Source of the DNA: Novakomyces olei
Lineage: Eukaryota
Length of the DNA stretch: 64,000 nucleotides
Reading direction: 5' to 3'
Assembly (NCBI GenBank): GCA_016906335.1
Contig: JADEYG010000007.1
Location: 2,294,001-2,358,000, forward strand
Shown: positions 45,549 to 58,602 of the stretch, piece after piece
How the letters are laid out: each line of letters starts with the position of its first letter
How positions within the stretch are numbered: the first letter of the stretch is position 1
Notes under the pieces: model-generated
What the model saw: only the letters and a program-made list of their open reading frames with translations
Told to the model about the DNA's origin: nothing
Database searches by the model: none
Translations under genes and position numbers: made by a program

Positions 45549-48535
45549 TCAAACCGACTCGGCGGCAGCGCGTCCCAGTAAACCGACATACTCGCCAAGT
45601 CGGCCACTGGCTTGTAAACAGTCGCTCACACCTGTACCTTCAGGCGCTGCTACTAGTACCGCAAGTCGCAGACATGCCTCAGGTTCGCCTGCTGCTCTAT
45701 GAAGCCCATGCAGCCGAATCACCAGTTCCGTGATGTACCACGCTCTCAAATGCTCGAGAATGATGTACTGATCTTTTCAATTAGCCAACGCAAAATAAAA
45801 CAAAAAGGCTAATACATATACACGCGTATATAATATACATAATGGGCAAAGCCATTGTCTTTATATTGAATAGCCATGATGTCCAATTTAAACAAATGCA
45901 ATACAAAGCTTACCAGAACCGTTAGAAAGGCCAATATCCTCGGGGCTGAGCAGCTTGCGATCAAGCTCATCGTGTATAATTTTTACCGTAGATGCATACT
46001 GTGACTTCCAGGCTGTCTTTTGCTCCATTTCGCCTACAGGATCGTTTTGCACTGTGTCTGCCCGACGCCGCCGGACCGATTTGCTGGACGGCATTTTAGA
46101 ATTTTGCGCTGAATCAGCTTTTCCGGCAGGGAGCATTGCTTCACAAAGTTCCAGGCTCTTCAGAGTGGAGCATAGTCTCTCATACATTGCCAGTTCGTGT
46201 ACGGAGATGACCCAGTCACGATCGTCACTTTCTGCTACTTTAGAAAGCTCAGTGTCCGTTACCATAGCAACCACATTGAGACGTTGCACAAGCTCATAGG
46301 CAGCTGAAACGTTGCCAGCCAGTAGGAAGAATCGTAAAACAACATCAGCACGAGGAGCAAACTCACGCAGAGTATTACTGTCGAGAACAAGCAGAGACAA
46401 TGCCGCTATGAAACGTTCTTGTTGCGCTCCAATACCATCAGGCATTCGTCCGATTTTGAACGGTTCAGTCTTGATTTCTTTACGTAAATCCTCAAGAATA
46501 ATGTCAGCAGCCCTCACTAAACACTCAGAGATGGGCAAATTGCACTGGCTAGCCAATCGGTACTGTTGCACACGCTCTGATTCTGTTTCCAAAGTACACA
46601 AGAAACGAGCATATACTTCAATGCATAATTCTCGCGGAATCTCTGCCGCGTACTTTGATACCAAATCCGTCTTCAATAGGTCAGAATAAATAATAAAATA
46701 ATAAATAATTAAAAAAGTCAAGCAACTCTAAGAATTAAAATATCGAAAAGCAGCATATTCATAATCTCAACACATAGCAAAAACCTTACCTGGCCATTAG
46801 CGCTCAAGAGCTCAATATAAGCCTGAATAATTGTTGCACTCGAGTCCTGTGGCACGTCGACCCCAAGTCTCCGTAAGGAAAGAATAAAATGGGTCATAAA
46901 ACAGAGAATGTATGGGGCACTGCTTATCGGCAAATGTGATCCGTCAGTCTGAATTCCACGAAGCTGCTGAGCCATATCGTCCAGTAAGACATCCACTTGG
47001 TCCGTGATGATACGTGATTGAATAACACGGAATGGATGCCGCGCTGAGCGCCAGACAGTCTCGTCTTCAGAATTTGCCAGGCTTTCGAAAATCACAGATC
47101 GCGTTAAATAACTGTAGTCAGGCATAGACAGTTTTTGGGGCAGTATTTTACGGCCCATAGACTCGAGGTACTACAGAGTAAGCAAATCTGTAAACTAACA
47201 GACACGTAAATAAGTAAACAAATAATTGGCTAAATCCAACAATCGCAAATTTTTCTTACCTTCTCGGTGTTGGCTTGAACAGCAGCATTCAAGTACGCCC
47301 ACAGCTGTTGCTGCCATGTGTCGCAGACGGGCAGAACTGATAAAAGATCGCCACAAAGAGCTCCGTACAATGCTCGTTCGTACTCATCCAAGGTAGTTTG
47401 TTGGGCTAATTGGTAGCATGCCCGCCGCCATAGGCTTTTGCGTTTAGTCCCAAAAGTGCCAGCTTCCGGTTCAAGTCCGTCTGCTTGTTTAGAATACGCA
47501 AACATACAACAAAAGCAAACAGTCAGGAAAGAATTCGGGATATATCTAAATTTATATATATATATATATTCAAAAATAAATATTTAAATATGTATAATGG
47601 TGAGACCTACCAACGAGGGAATCGCGGTATTCCAAGCTGCCTTGAAGGCTAGCTGCACGCCAGTATTGTCCGTATTGATGGCAGACTTCGCAGGCCGTTT
47701 CCATGTCTCCGCACAAAAGATACTGGAAAAGAATACGACACAGTTCGCGATCGCGGGCCTATATTTATTAGAGGACAGACCATGAAAATAAAAGGTACCT
47801 CATCCTGTGGATGTAGTGATTTTTGCTGCCTTGACGGTCCGTCTGGGTCGAGCTCAGTGGTCAGAGTTCTTGCATCTGACGCAGCAGGACCAAAAGGCAG
47901 CAGTCGGCTCTTCTTTACTGCCTCCCGTGTCATAAACCAGCCATTGGCCGAAACGTTTCGCGGCATTTCCGGCAGTGTCGCCAAGTCGCACAGCCAATTG
48001 ATTACCGCCTGGACTCAGTATGTACACATTTATGTATGTATAAAATTAAAAGAAAGATCAAAGCGTAAAGCTCTATAGACGCGTCCGCACCATACCTGGT
48101 TCTCAACATTCTCCCTTAATCCCCCATACTGCTGTTCAATAGCCGCCACTGAGGAAAAATCGTGGAGGTAAAGCGTCTCCTCCTCCGTCTGCCTTGTCCT
48201 TATACTAGAGCAATTAGCACTGCGCAATCAACCCTTGCACGTACTCATAAACGCGCGCCACCAGATCCCACGTAGCAGCCTCCAGTTCCAATTGCTCCAG
48301 TTCCGCATCGCTGTCGCCCACGGACCGCATTACGCTGTCGATCCTCAATTGTCAGTATTGCGAGACAAATTGGTCGCACGTACTTGTCTATACACACATC
48401 TCTGCACGTAGCCAAACTGCCGTCTGGGCCTAATACTTTAGGCACCGCACCGGGGCCGACCAGTATAGACGCAAACCGTCTATACACTTCGTCTGAAGGA
48501 TCTGCCGCCACCGCAAGTGGCATATCCACCTCCAT
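45549..48535 (-). CDS. NUP84: Nucleoporin Nup84/Nup107 (multi-exon)
   Basis: ELDPDGPSRQQKSLHPQDE, RKSLWRRACYQLA, YERALYGALCGDL, CDTWQQQLWAYLN and WYITELVIRLH, spread over several exons. Confidence 0.88.
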
Positions 48536-48750
48536 ATTGCGCCCTTAACCGTACAGCATTTGCTTCAATCTATATATATAAATAAATGTTTTATTTACAT
48601 GTACAGCTTTGCCTGAATTGTGTATACACTTTATACTATTCTCTCTTTATACTCCTCTATATACTCTCTTTATACTCTCTTCATACTATGTACACATGAC
48701 TCTTTTACACTCTATACTGCTACTACTCTTTACAACATACTCTACACCAC

Positions 48751-48830
48751 ACTCTAACTATACTCTAACTATACTCTAACTATACTCTAACTATACTCTA
48801 ACTATACTCTAACTATACTCTAACTATACG
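48751..48830. repeat. 11-bp tandem repeat (ACTCTAACTAT)n in the NUP84/VMA5 divergent promoter
   Basis: Directly visible, ~7 copies. Confidence 0.9.
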
Positions 48831-48970
48831 CTAAATATACTCTACCTATACTCTATACTCTATATACTCTATACTTTTGCATACTACAAATACTCATATA
48901 ACGTCGTCATATAATAACTGCCATTCTCCAGATCCAAGTTTCGGCCGGGGACCGCTCGACGGGCGGCAGC

Positions 48971-50776
48971 ATGGAGCACGAGTCTAATGCGTGGCTTGTT
49001 TCTGTACCGCTAAACGATGAGAGCAGACCTGCAATGGCAGAGACATTGGAGGATCTGTGCTCTACGGGCGGGCACACGGCAATAGTGTCCGAGTTTACTG
49101 TTCCCAGTTTCAAGATCGGCAACCTTGACGCGCTGATAAGCCAGGGCGAGGCTCTCGCAAAGTTAGACACGCAATGTGCCTCGTCGTTAAACAAGATTGC
49201 GGAGACTGTTCGCTCGATTCTCGTCGGCGATGAGGCAAAAATCGAAGAGCAGCTGCTCGTTGATCACGGTGCGTAAAAGTTATGCCGCGATCTGTTTATT
49301 GACTAATCGCTTAGAGAGCCCTATGCAGTACCTGCGCAATTTTCGTTGGAACTCGAGAAAGTACCGGGCCGATAAACCTGTTGGCGAACTCACAGATGAC
49401 CTGAGCCGGGTTGGTTTTCGTCTCACTGCTGCTGGTCTCTAACGTTACAATAGGAAGTATTCGAGTTGGAGAGCGATGTGCGTGCTCGATATAATACCTA
49501 CTCACAGGCACGTAGTGCTTTGCTGTCTATGGATCGGAATCTGACGTATGCCCTTGAGATTGTTTTATCTATACTGAATGTTTTTGAATTTTGGTTTATT
49601 TCAATCAATTTTATCTATTATCTATCTATTGAATTTTATTTTTTTATCTTATCCTATAATCTTGTACCTATCTTGGACATTTGCACACAAACTCCCTCTT
49701 TTATCTTTCCGTTGTTCTTTCAATTGTTCACGTGGTATTATTTGTCGTCACTCTCTTGGGCTTTTCTGTACGATAGCCTGGCTGCGTTTTCCCCCTTATT
49801 CCACAAAGGTTCTAGTTTCTCTTTCAGCCATACTAATATAATTCAGAGGGAGCCTTGCGCAAAAGAGTCTAAACGGAATTGTGCAACGTGACGATGTGCT
49901 AGAAGGCTCAGATTACCTGGAGACGCTGTTTGTGGCAGTACCAAAGTATGCTGAAACATATTACTACTTTCACAATGGCTACGGTAACATATTTTGCTAA
50001 CAATAACAAGGAGCCAGGATAAAGAATTTCAAAGTTCATACGAAACTCTTTCGTCAATGGTAGTTCCTCGGTCGGCAGGGTAAGTCTTTTTGTAGCGCTT
50101 TGGACAGTCAATCGCCATTTCTAATCCCTTAATTATGCTTGCTAATTTCTAGACTGGTAGCGGAGGATGCGGAATACAAACTCTACAAGGTTATTGTTTT
50201 CAAAAAGTTTGCCAGTGCTTTTACGCATGCCGCGCGGGAAAACAAGTTGCAAGTACGCGAGTTTGTGTACGATGAGAAGATGCGCGATCAAGAGCAAGAA
50301 AGCCTGCAAAAACTTCAAGCAGCAGAGAAAAAATTATGGACAGACGTTTTGCGGCTGAGTGGAGCAGCGTATGGCGATGCTTTTCAGGCAATCGCGCACC
50401 TCAAAGCACTTCGTGTATTTGTCGAGAGTGTCTTACGCTACGGCCTGCCACCAAACTTTTTCGCAGCAATAATTGAGGTAAATTTACAAATAAAATAGGA
50501 ATAAAGAAAACATCAGAGAAAAAACAAAGAAAAAGATTGACTGAAATTCAACCATTTTCATGTATTTGTTCGATACTAACTAGTCTAAAGCCTCCACGAT
50601 CAAATACTTCCAAAGCCAAAAAAGCCCTGGATGAAAAGTTCTCATACCTTGGAGGCCGCGCTGTTTCAAGCAGCAACACTAAAGAAGCCACGGATGATGC
50701 AATAGCCGCGCTCGAAGGCATACACGGTGGCGGGGAAGATTGGGTGCCTTATGTGTTTTTCGAGATCCGCCTTTGA
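48971..50776 (+). CDS. VMA5: V-ATPase V1 subunit C (multi-exon)
   Basis: PSFKIGNLDAL, YLRNFRWNSRKY, SDYLETLFVAVPK, MVVPRSA, HLKALRVFVESVLRYGLPPNF, PYVFFEI. Confidence 0.96.
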
Positions 50777-51162
50777 GCGATGCTTTTGTATTAATCTGGA
50801 TTATAAGGTTTTAATCTAATATGGTTTACCGCTATATCTACCAACTGTTATTGATGAATATTGTAAGCAATAATCAGGGTTATTAAGGCAAAATCAAAGC
50901 TAAAATACCAAAATTCCAGGAAATTACAATATCTAGAGGACTATAGGGGAAGCCTGATAGTAAAATGCAAGAACAGTCGATTATTACTGACAAGGGCAAA
51001 TACATTAAAATAAACATGTAAACTCTGAGCCCAAGTCTAGACAAAGATCAGAAAGACATAAATTTTTATAAATAAGCAAGTATATTAAAGATAAATAACT
51101 AAATAGCCAAAACAACTAGATCTATTGCATAAATGCGAAAGACGAAAATATATATATACAAT

Positions 51163-52426
51163 CTATGTCTGCACAATGCGCTACAAATTAGCATGGAAAA
51201 ATAACTCGGTACATACGCTTAAAGCCTTAGCATATCGCGGACTGATAAACAGAGCAGTCGCCTCGGCTAGGCGAGTAGTCTCGCCATTTTCGGCCGGGAG
51301 TGTTTCAATATATCCCTCCACGTTGGCCTTGCGGCCTTCTACGCTCAAAGTTTTCGCCTAACGTTAGCTCGTGAACTCAAACAAAACAGCAATAGTGCAA
51401 ATAAAAGATCAGACGCGATTCTGATTTGTACAGAAAAAATAGAAGGGCAAGTGTAGCAGACTCCGAATTGGGACTTACCTTGAGCACCAGAAACTGATCT
51501 GCCTTTGCAGGAGCCTTGTATGAAATATTGAGGTTTGCAGTCAAGCCCAAATGTTCTGGCAGAGCATTGAAACACTAGATCAAGTCAGAATTATTTAAGT
51601 AATGTAGCATACGCATCGCGCCAAGCCTTCGTCGAGCATTCTAGTCGGTTAGAATAGAGTTTCAAAAATAAACAGAAAAGAAAATTCAATAGACCAAAAA
51701 AAAAAGACCAAAAAAATATAGATTCATAACGCCAGAATATTCAACGTGATCAGCAGTCATAATATATGAGCCAAAACCACATTTGTCCATTCACTCGGCC
51801 ATCCCATCCCGCTCAGGATCGACGGGCCGAATTAAAGTAAAATAACAATAAAATATAACCCGTCTGCCTTAAAAAAAAGGGCAAGTCTGCCGACTTGCTT
51901 GGATTACGTACGTTGCCAGTAACCCTCCGTGGATTATTCCCTCGTAGCCGCAGACCTGGTGGCCCACGTGGCTGACGATAACGACGCGATCGCCGTGAGC
52001 GTCGGCAAAGCAGATAGGCGGCACTGTGAACCGTCCCGGCCCCGCCAGAACGCCGGCAGTTAAATTGAAAGGCTTATCGGCCTCGGCGATAAGATCCGCG
52101 TGTGGACGCGTCTCCACTAATTCTGGGTCGCGTCGCAGCTCCTGCACAAGAGGCAAAGCCTGCAATTGTGCCTCTGTGGCAGAAGCCACGTCGTCATTGC
52201 CACGGGCTACTTGTGCACTGGCAACCGTCATTATTGAAGAATTAACGCGATAGCCAATCCAGCCAGACACAGCAAACAGAGCAAAAAGAAGGCCGACTGA
52301 AGGGTTCGATCCGGGTTTTCGTGCACTGCCTAATGTACTCGGGGCCGCTGTGTGATATTTATTTACAAACCTTAAACTGCCAACGGACTGGATAGTGCTC
52401 GTTCGAATAGCCGTGTGCCGAAGCAT
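51163..52426 (-). CDS. PaaI-type hot-dog-fold thioesterase with putative mitochondrial presequence (FMP10-like), five exons
   Basis: VCGYEGIIHGGLLAT|MLDEGLARC|CFNALPEHLGLTANLNISYKAP...|AKTLSVEGRKA...EATALFISPR, with canonical introns. Confidence 0.88.
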
Positions 52427-52675
52427 ACGAGATCTCGGCCTCCTCAGGCCGCGCGCAATGTGCTTATGTGCTAGTGTGATAGGAAGAAAACCCTAGACTA
52501 TTTAGATCAGATAATGTTACTTGTTCATTTGATTACTTGATTGTAAACTAAATTGGCATCATAATTATCTGATCGTGACGGCGAATAGAATCGCCAGATA
52601 TTATCAGATCATAAATCTCCTTGACGTTCAATCGTAGGAGACTGTAACTGCCGCCGCCAGCCGCGGCTCTTCACT

Positions 52676-54848
52676 ATGCGCTCCACGCACTGGCTAACGT
52701 AAGTCATCACCGTGTTTGGTGTGTGCTGTATCGCTTTTTTCTTTGCTCCAGTACTGCTTACTTATGCCCTACAGCTCTCTATACACAATCCTTGCTGGCT
52801 GCCTACTAACGGCTCTAGACTCGCTCTTTCTGTGCTGCTCTCTCTCGAACAGCAGACGTCTGTACAATTCGCTCGCTTTGCCACGAGCACTCTCCACGGA
52901 CATGAACGGTTGGCGGCAATTTTCGCTGCTCAGCAGCTCGCGATCACTGTAGTACGTCCGGTAATGGCACGTTTCTTAGACACACACGGCCGTTTACGCG
53001 TCCTCATTGCCATGCTGCTCGTCTACGCGCTCGGCGACGCGTGCTTGGCCACGGCAACGCGCCTGGCCGGCTACGCAGTCTCCTACTTGGTCTACACCCT
53101 GGGAATAACGGGCGTACATCTTGCACTCCAGGTCCTAATTGCCGACGCTTCTTCACTGCCAGACAGGGCAGTTTGTACTGTGCTGCCAGTGATTCCATCG
53201 CTGGCCACTATTTGGCTCGGGCCCGTAGCTGCTGCTGCTTTCCGGCCGCAGATCAACGACGGCTGGCGCCGCGGCTACCTTGCCTGTGCTTTTGGTAAAA
53301 GAACGATCAGGTTTTTGTTTTTGTTTTTTTGTTTTTGTTTTGTTTTTGTTTTTGTTTTTGTTTTTTGTTTTTTTTTGTTTTATTTAAATTTTTTCAGTAC
53401 AGAATATCCATTATTGATGGTTTGAAAATGCCAGTTTTCCGCGGCCTTTGTTTCTGTCTTTGTTTCTGTCTTTGTTTCTGCCTTTGTTTCTGTCTTTTTT
53501 CTGTCTTTTTTCTGTCTTTTTTCTGTCTTTTTTCTGTCTTTTTTCTGTCTTTTTTCTGTCTTTTTTCTGTCTTACTCTGCTCCATATTGATTTTGAAAGC
53601 TTTGTCTCGTACACAATTCTTTTCGCCATTCTAACTCTAGTCATTGCGCTTGCGAGTCTCGTCGTCTACTCAAGTCAGAGCGCAGTACAATCAGACGAGC
53701 CGGCAAGTGCACATGGCGGCCACGACCACGACGAGTATGAGGGCGCACGTGTCCAGCGCGGAAGCACTCTGAGCCACACTGTCAATGACTTTAGCAAAAC
53801 AGCGCTCGAGACGAGTGTACTTGCTCCCTGTGCCGGTATAATGTGTATATTTGCTGCCTTCTACATGTGCGAGAGCTTCTATGCCAGCTATTGCCAAATA
53901 TCTTTGGGCACCAATGTCGTGGCCACTGGAGTAATAATCAACGCGATGCTTTTTACGTCTATTTGCTCAGCGTTAGTGGCAGGACTGCTCCTCCGCTCAC
54001 GGACAAGGATCCACTACCTGATTGCTACAGGCACTGCCGCCTGTCTGGCTGCTCCTGCTCTACTATACTTTTGTGTAACAAACCTGCAAAATGCTTCCAT
54101 CGTTGCCGCACTTCCTCCCGCCGCCTTTGGACTCGGTGCCGGCATGTTTAACGTGTGTGCCCAAGTCGTTGCTCAAGCAAGCAGCCGTAAAAAGGCTACT
54201 TCAGTACGCACAGGAATGTACCTGTCTGCCTCCAGTCTCGGAGGAGCTATCGGTGGCTGGACGGCCAGCAGCGTTTGGCCCTCCACAGTGAAACGAGCTC
54301 TCCTGCAGACATCGGCACTGACACCGGCTCAGTGCGACAGTATCGTGAGCGATATAGCCGAAGCTGCACAGTACTACGGACCCAATCGGCTAGCAATCAA
54401 TGCCGCATTTGCCGAGGCCGAGGCTCGTGTAAGCCTTTTTGCCCTTGTTGCCATGCTGGGTGCCATTGTATCGTGCATGTACATTGAAGATGTAGACTTG
54501 CACTCGGTGGCAGATAGAGGGTGTAGACGAGCGGGCATAAACGGCGAGCAGACAGTATTTGAGCCGCAGGATTCAGGACAGGGCAGGTTTGATTCAGTTG
54601 AGCCAAAGAGGGCCGATCAAAGGACCGAGCAAAGGAGGACTGAGCAAAGGAGGACTGAAGGAGATTGTGTGACGGCCAAACCTGACTCTGTAAACAACCT
54701 CACAGGCACAGTGAACTGGGACATTAGAGACTCTGGATCCACCTGCTTGTGCAGTCCAAGCTCAACTCGAAACAAAGCAGACACCAATAATGGTAATAAT
54801 GAAGGAGAACGGTCGGCCCTGCTGGCCACGCTGGCCGAGGCTGTATGA
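52676..54848 (+). CDS. Divergent MFS transporter, ARN/SIT siderophore-iron transporter-like
   Basis: Exons 52676-52698, 52819-53294, 53641-54848. Motifs FATSTLHGHERL, ARFLDTHGR (MFS motif A) and LIADASSLPDR, plus many TM segments. Confidence 0.72.
53310..53572. repeat. T-rich microsatellites (TTTTTG)n and (TTTTTCTGTC)n within the MFS intron
   Basis: Directly visible within intron 53295-53640. Confidence 0.9.
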
Positions 54849-54898
54849 TAGAGGAGACTACATGATATAGGGCTGTATGATATCGGGTTGTATGTATA

Positions 54899-54995
54899 GG
54901 AGGCTGCCTGGCAAAGGAGGCTGCCTGACAAAGGAGGCTGCCTGACAAAGGAGGCTGCCTGACAAAGGAGGCTGCATGGCAAAGGAGGCTGCCTG
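54899..54995. repeat. 17-bp tandem repeat (GGAGGCTGCCTGACAAA) x ~5.5
   Basis: Directly visible. Confidence 0.9.
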
Positions 54996-55149
54996 GTATA
55001 GGGGCTGTATGATATAGGAGGCTGAAAAGACTAGACAGATACCCTTGCTTTAGCACGCAATAATGATACCAGTTTGCACTAGAAGATGAATGCGAGTGTG
55101 TAACAGGGCATGAACCTCAGTTGCCATACCCGAGTATAATTGCTACAAC

Positions 55150-55570
55150 CTAGTACAGTTGTCACAAATGAGTATATTTGTCACAAATGAGTATATTTGT
55201 CACAAATGAGTATATTTGTCACAAACTAGTATAGTTGCCATAACCGAGTATTTGTCACAAACGAGTACAGTTGTCACAAACGAGTACAGTTACCACAAAC
55301 TAGTACAGTCGCCACAAACGAGTATTTGTCACAAACGAGTATATTTGTCACAAATGAGTACAGTTGTCACAAACTAGTACAGTTGCCACAAACGAGTATT
55401 TGTCACAAATGAATACAGTTGTCACAAACTAGTACAGTCGCCACAAACGAGTATTTGTCACAAATGAATACAGTTGTCACAAACTAGTACAGTTGCCACA
55501 AACGAGTATTTGTCACAAATGAATACAGTTACCACAAACTAGTACAGTTGCCACAAACGAGTATTTGTCA
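55150..55570. repeat. Degenerate 16-18-bp minisatellite (TGTCACAAAYGAGTAYAKT)n with higher-order units
   Basis: Directly visible between the convergent MFS and DPH5 3' ends. Confidence 0.9.
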
Positions 55571-55616
55571 GAGCATACAGTTAGACATCCATAGACACGG
55601 CGGGCGCTTGCACGCG

Positions 55617-56569
55617 TCACGACGGCTGAGCCAGTCGTGATAGAGTGTCAAACTCTGCCTTGTCAAGGGCGAATTCGCGTATATACTCCAGTTCCAGAGG
55701 GTGCACTTTGGGCCCAATTAAAACGAGCGAATGAAGAGGTGGCCCCATATCCAACTCGGCGAGACGGGAAAGGGGAGCGGCTACGATTTTTTGGTCCAAT
55801 GCGCCTACTCGTGCTACTGCTATGGCTAAAGAATGGGGAGAAACTGCGTCTCTGTGCTCCTCGCTTGCCCTGAGCAGCTGCTGAGCAGCTACCATTGTGC
55901 TCATAAACCTTGGTGGCTCAAATATGTGAGTACGGTTACGCGCCAGATTCATCTCGCTCACTTCCTTGACTTTAATGTCGAGCAGGCAGAGCGTGTGTGT
56001 GCCGATCCGCATATTATCCGCTATCCTGTCCATAAACGATGTGGGCTGCCACGTGTCCGTCCAAAAGGGAAGCGATACGGTCTGGCCAAACGCGTAAAGC
56101 TGCAGCCCACAGACGCCCACCGCGTTGTATATGGACGCGTTGTGAATCACACGTGTCGCGATTCCACGCTCACGAGCGCGTAGAATAATGTCCGTATGCG
56201 TAGTCGCCCTATACGCGTTGCGTTAATTTAAAGATCCCCAAAAAGTGCCATTTGGACTCTTACCCGAGCGGATCGCCTACGACCAAAAGCGCCACGTCTG
56301 ATGTACCCGCATTACGCATTATTTCATCGCTGCCGGACTCTACACTGCCGCGATCGCTCTCGAGGACGGGGCGTCCGTAAAACTTTTCCTGTCCTGTCAG
56401 CATTCGCTCTCAAGAGACTCGGCCGGCAGCGTACCAATTGCTCTCGCGGAACTGCGAGAATGGACGTATACTCCTCCAAGTACACACGCTCACAGCGCTT
56501 AATAATGTCGAGCCCCTCGACCGTGACATCGCGCTCTGATGCGAGACCTAGACCGATGAGGTAGAGCAT
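55617..56569 (-). CDS. DPH5: Diphthine methyl ester synthase (multi-exon)
   Basis: MLYLIGLGL...[70 protein letters not shown]. Confidence 0.97.
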
Positions 56570-57796
56570 GGCTTTATTTTTTTATTTTTTATTTTTTTTT
56601 TATTTTTTATTTTTGTTTTATTTTATTTTATTTTATTTTCGTTTATATCAGCTTGATTATATATAGTGGGCTTTTGTCAGTTCTAGCTGGGCAATAAACC
56701 CTGAGCTATAAATTACGACATAGATATCTACGTATTATAAGCTAATATTTATCAGATAAATAGCTCGACACGTGACTGATGGACGCGCTAACGACCCTAT
56801 CCGAGCTCACAATTGTGGGTCACATGTTTTTACTCAGAATTGCATATAGGCTCGTAAGGGTTGAACTGCTCTGTGTTTCCTCGTGTCTGTGTAATCCAAT
56901 TGCGGTTTGTGCTACCGAGTCGTACTCGTAATGTATAGCAGTTTACACGTTATAAGCAAGGCTTCCTGTGCGGATGTAGTACAGTCCAACGCATAGTCCA
57001 ATATGTAAAGTCCAATATGTACAGCGACACTTGCTGCCAAAGATTTACTAAATTTGCATTGGAATAAAGATAGTTTAAAATAGTCAAGTCCAACTTCGAG
57101 CGGTGTGGAATGGACAGTGCCGCGGTACGAAAAGCGGAGTGTAATTACCCCACATAGTACACAAACTTGAACGGTTATTAAAGGCACCGAAAGGTCTGGT
57201 CCTGACTGTCGTACGCCACGGCGAAAATCTAGTTGAGACACGAAAAATTAAACACTGCCTTTACCACTTTCTGGATCTTACGCTATGGCAGTAATAGAAG
57301 GAAGCAATGTTAACGCTACTCATTGGTGTAACGAACGGCCTTAGATGAAGAGGGTCTTAATGTGACGGGTCTCAGTCCTAAAAATTTAAACGCTTGTCCT
57401 GTGCCCTTAAAGGACCATGGGTCAGGACTAGCGGCCATGCTCCATCGGAAACACAAATCTTGCTGCTCGCATCGTGTTTCAGCAACTGTGTTCCAGTAGC
57501 TGGACCAGATCTACATGGACACTTTTTCCATGGAATCATGCAAGCATTCAGATAAACACACGCAATGATAATAGTCTCTGAAAGCTATTTGCCCCTGGCC
57601 TTTTTGCCCAAATGAATACAAAGCGGATGGACCACAGATACGACCTGTTGCGGAGTAAATGCCATAAGTTAGGTTAATAAACACTCGTTGGTACTCAACA
57701 GACAATTTGAAAATGCACAGAAAAATAAAAAATGGTCGTGCTTATTGAAGATAGACTAAAATCTATTCCAATAATGGCAAAGTGCCACTGTTTACA

Positions 57797-58602
57797 TTAG
57801 ACAGGGCATTGTGACCACGAGTCTCGCAGTTTGGCACGCAGACTTTGGGCACATTCAACTAACGCCGGTAACGAGTCGGCGTCAATAGTGAGTCGCGAGT
57901 CTGAGCAAGTTGGAGATTCTCGGCCCAAGAGGCGTGCTACCGTCTCTACACAATCCTGAGGAGCATGCTCCGCTTTGGCAAAAAGTAAAAGAGCGCGTAC
58001 GTCGCGTAACAGGGACTCACTCAGCCCAACACTTGCTCCACTGCTTGGCGATTCGCGCGCTACCTGCTCGTTTTGTGGCCTTAATCTTTCCCCCAATACG
58101 CGTTCAAGAACTGATTATTAGTATACGGCCGGGTGAAAATTAACACTGGAAATTAAATGTATTGACAGGCAATGCCTTGACAAGACACTGTCACGAGCTA
58201 AAAGCAGGAGCAGGTAATGCAAAGCACGGGAGAAATATTGTAATAAATTAATACTGAAATAATAATGAAATAATAATGGTACAAAATACCCGCAATTTCA
58301 TCAGCAAATTCTTTAATCAGAGCAATATGACGCCTTAATTCGCGTTGTTCTTTCCTCCCTAGTAACGCCGACGCTACTGAATCACCACGACTGGACGACC
58401 TTCTCCGTAAAAGCCTCAATTGCGTCCCGAAATCATCAACATCTGGCTCTGCCTCCGCCGGCGCTAACTGCAATCCCGTTCCTGACGAAATTGTGCCCAC
58501 CGTATCTGATTCTTCCGCCAGATCTTCCGGCCAATCAATTGTGTCGGCAGCAGGGTTTTCTGTGACAGGCTCTGCCTGGACTGTACTCCTTTCTGTGTCC
58601 AT
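57797..58602 (-). CDS. Hypothetical two-exon protein (~208 aa), acidic N-terminus with helical C-terminus
   Basis: Exons 58602-58290 and 58110-57797 join in frame across a GTATTT..CTAAT..CAG intron. No family recognised. Confidence 0.6.

Noticed and set aside
51163-52426. Hot-dog thioesterase as the dedicated release enzyme of the PKS
   Set aside because: About 20 kb away, four introns, apparent mitochondrial presequence and the PaaI-type HGG..LDE motif of a native fungal family rather than the E10/E7 type. Moonlighting cannot be excluded.
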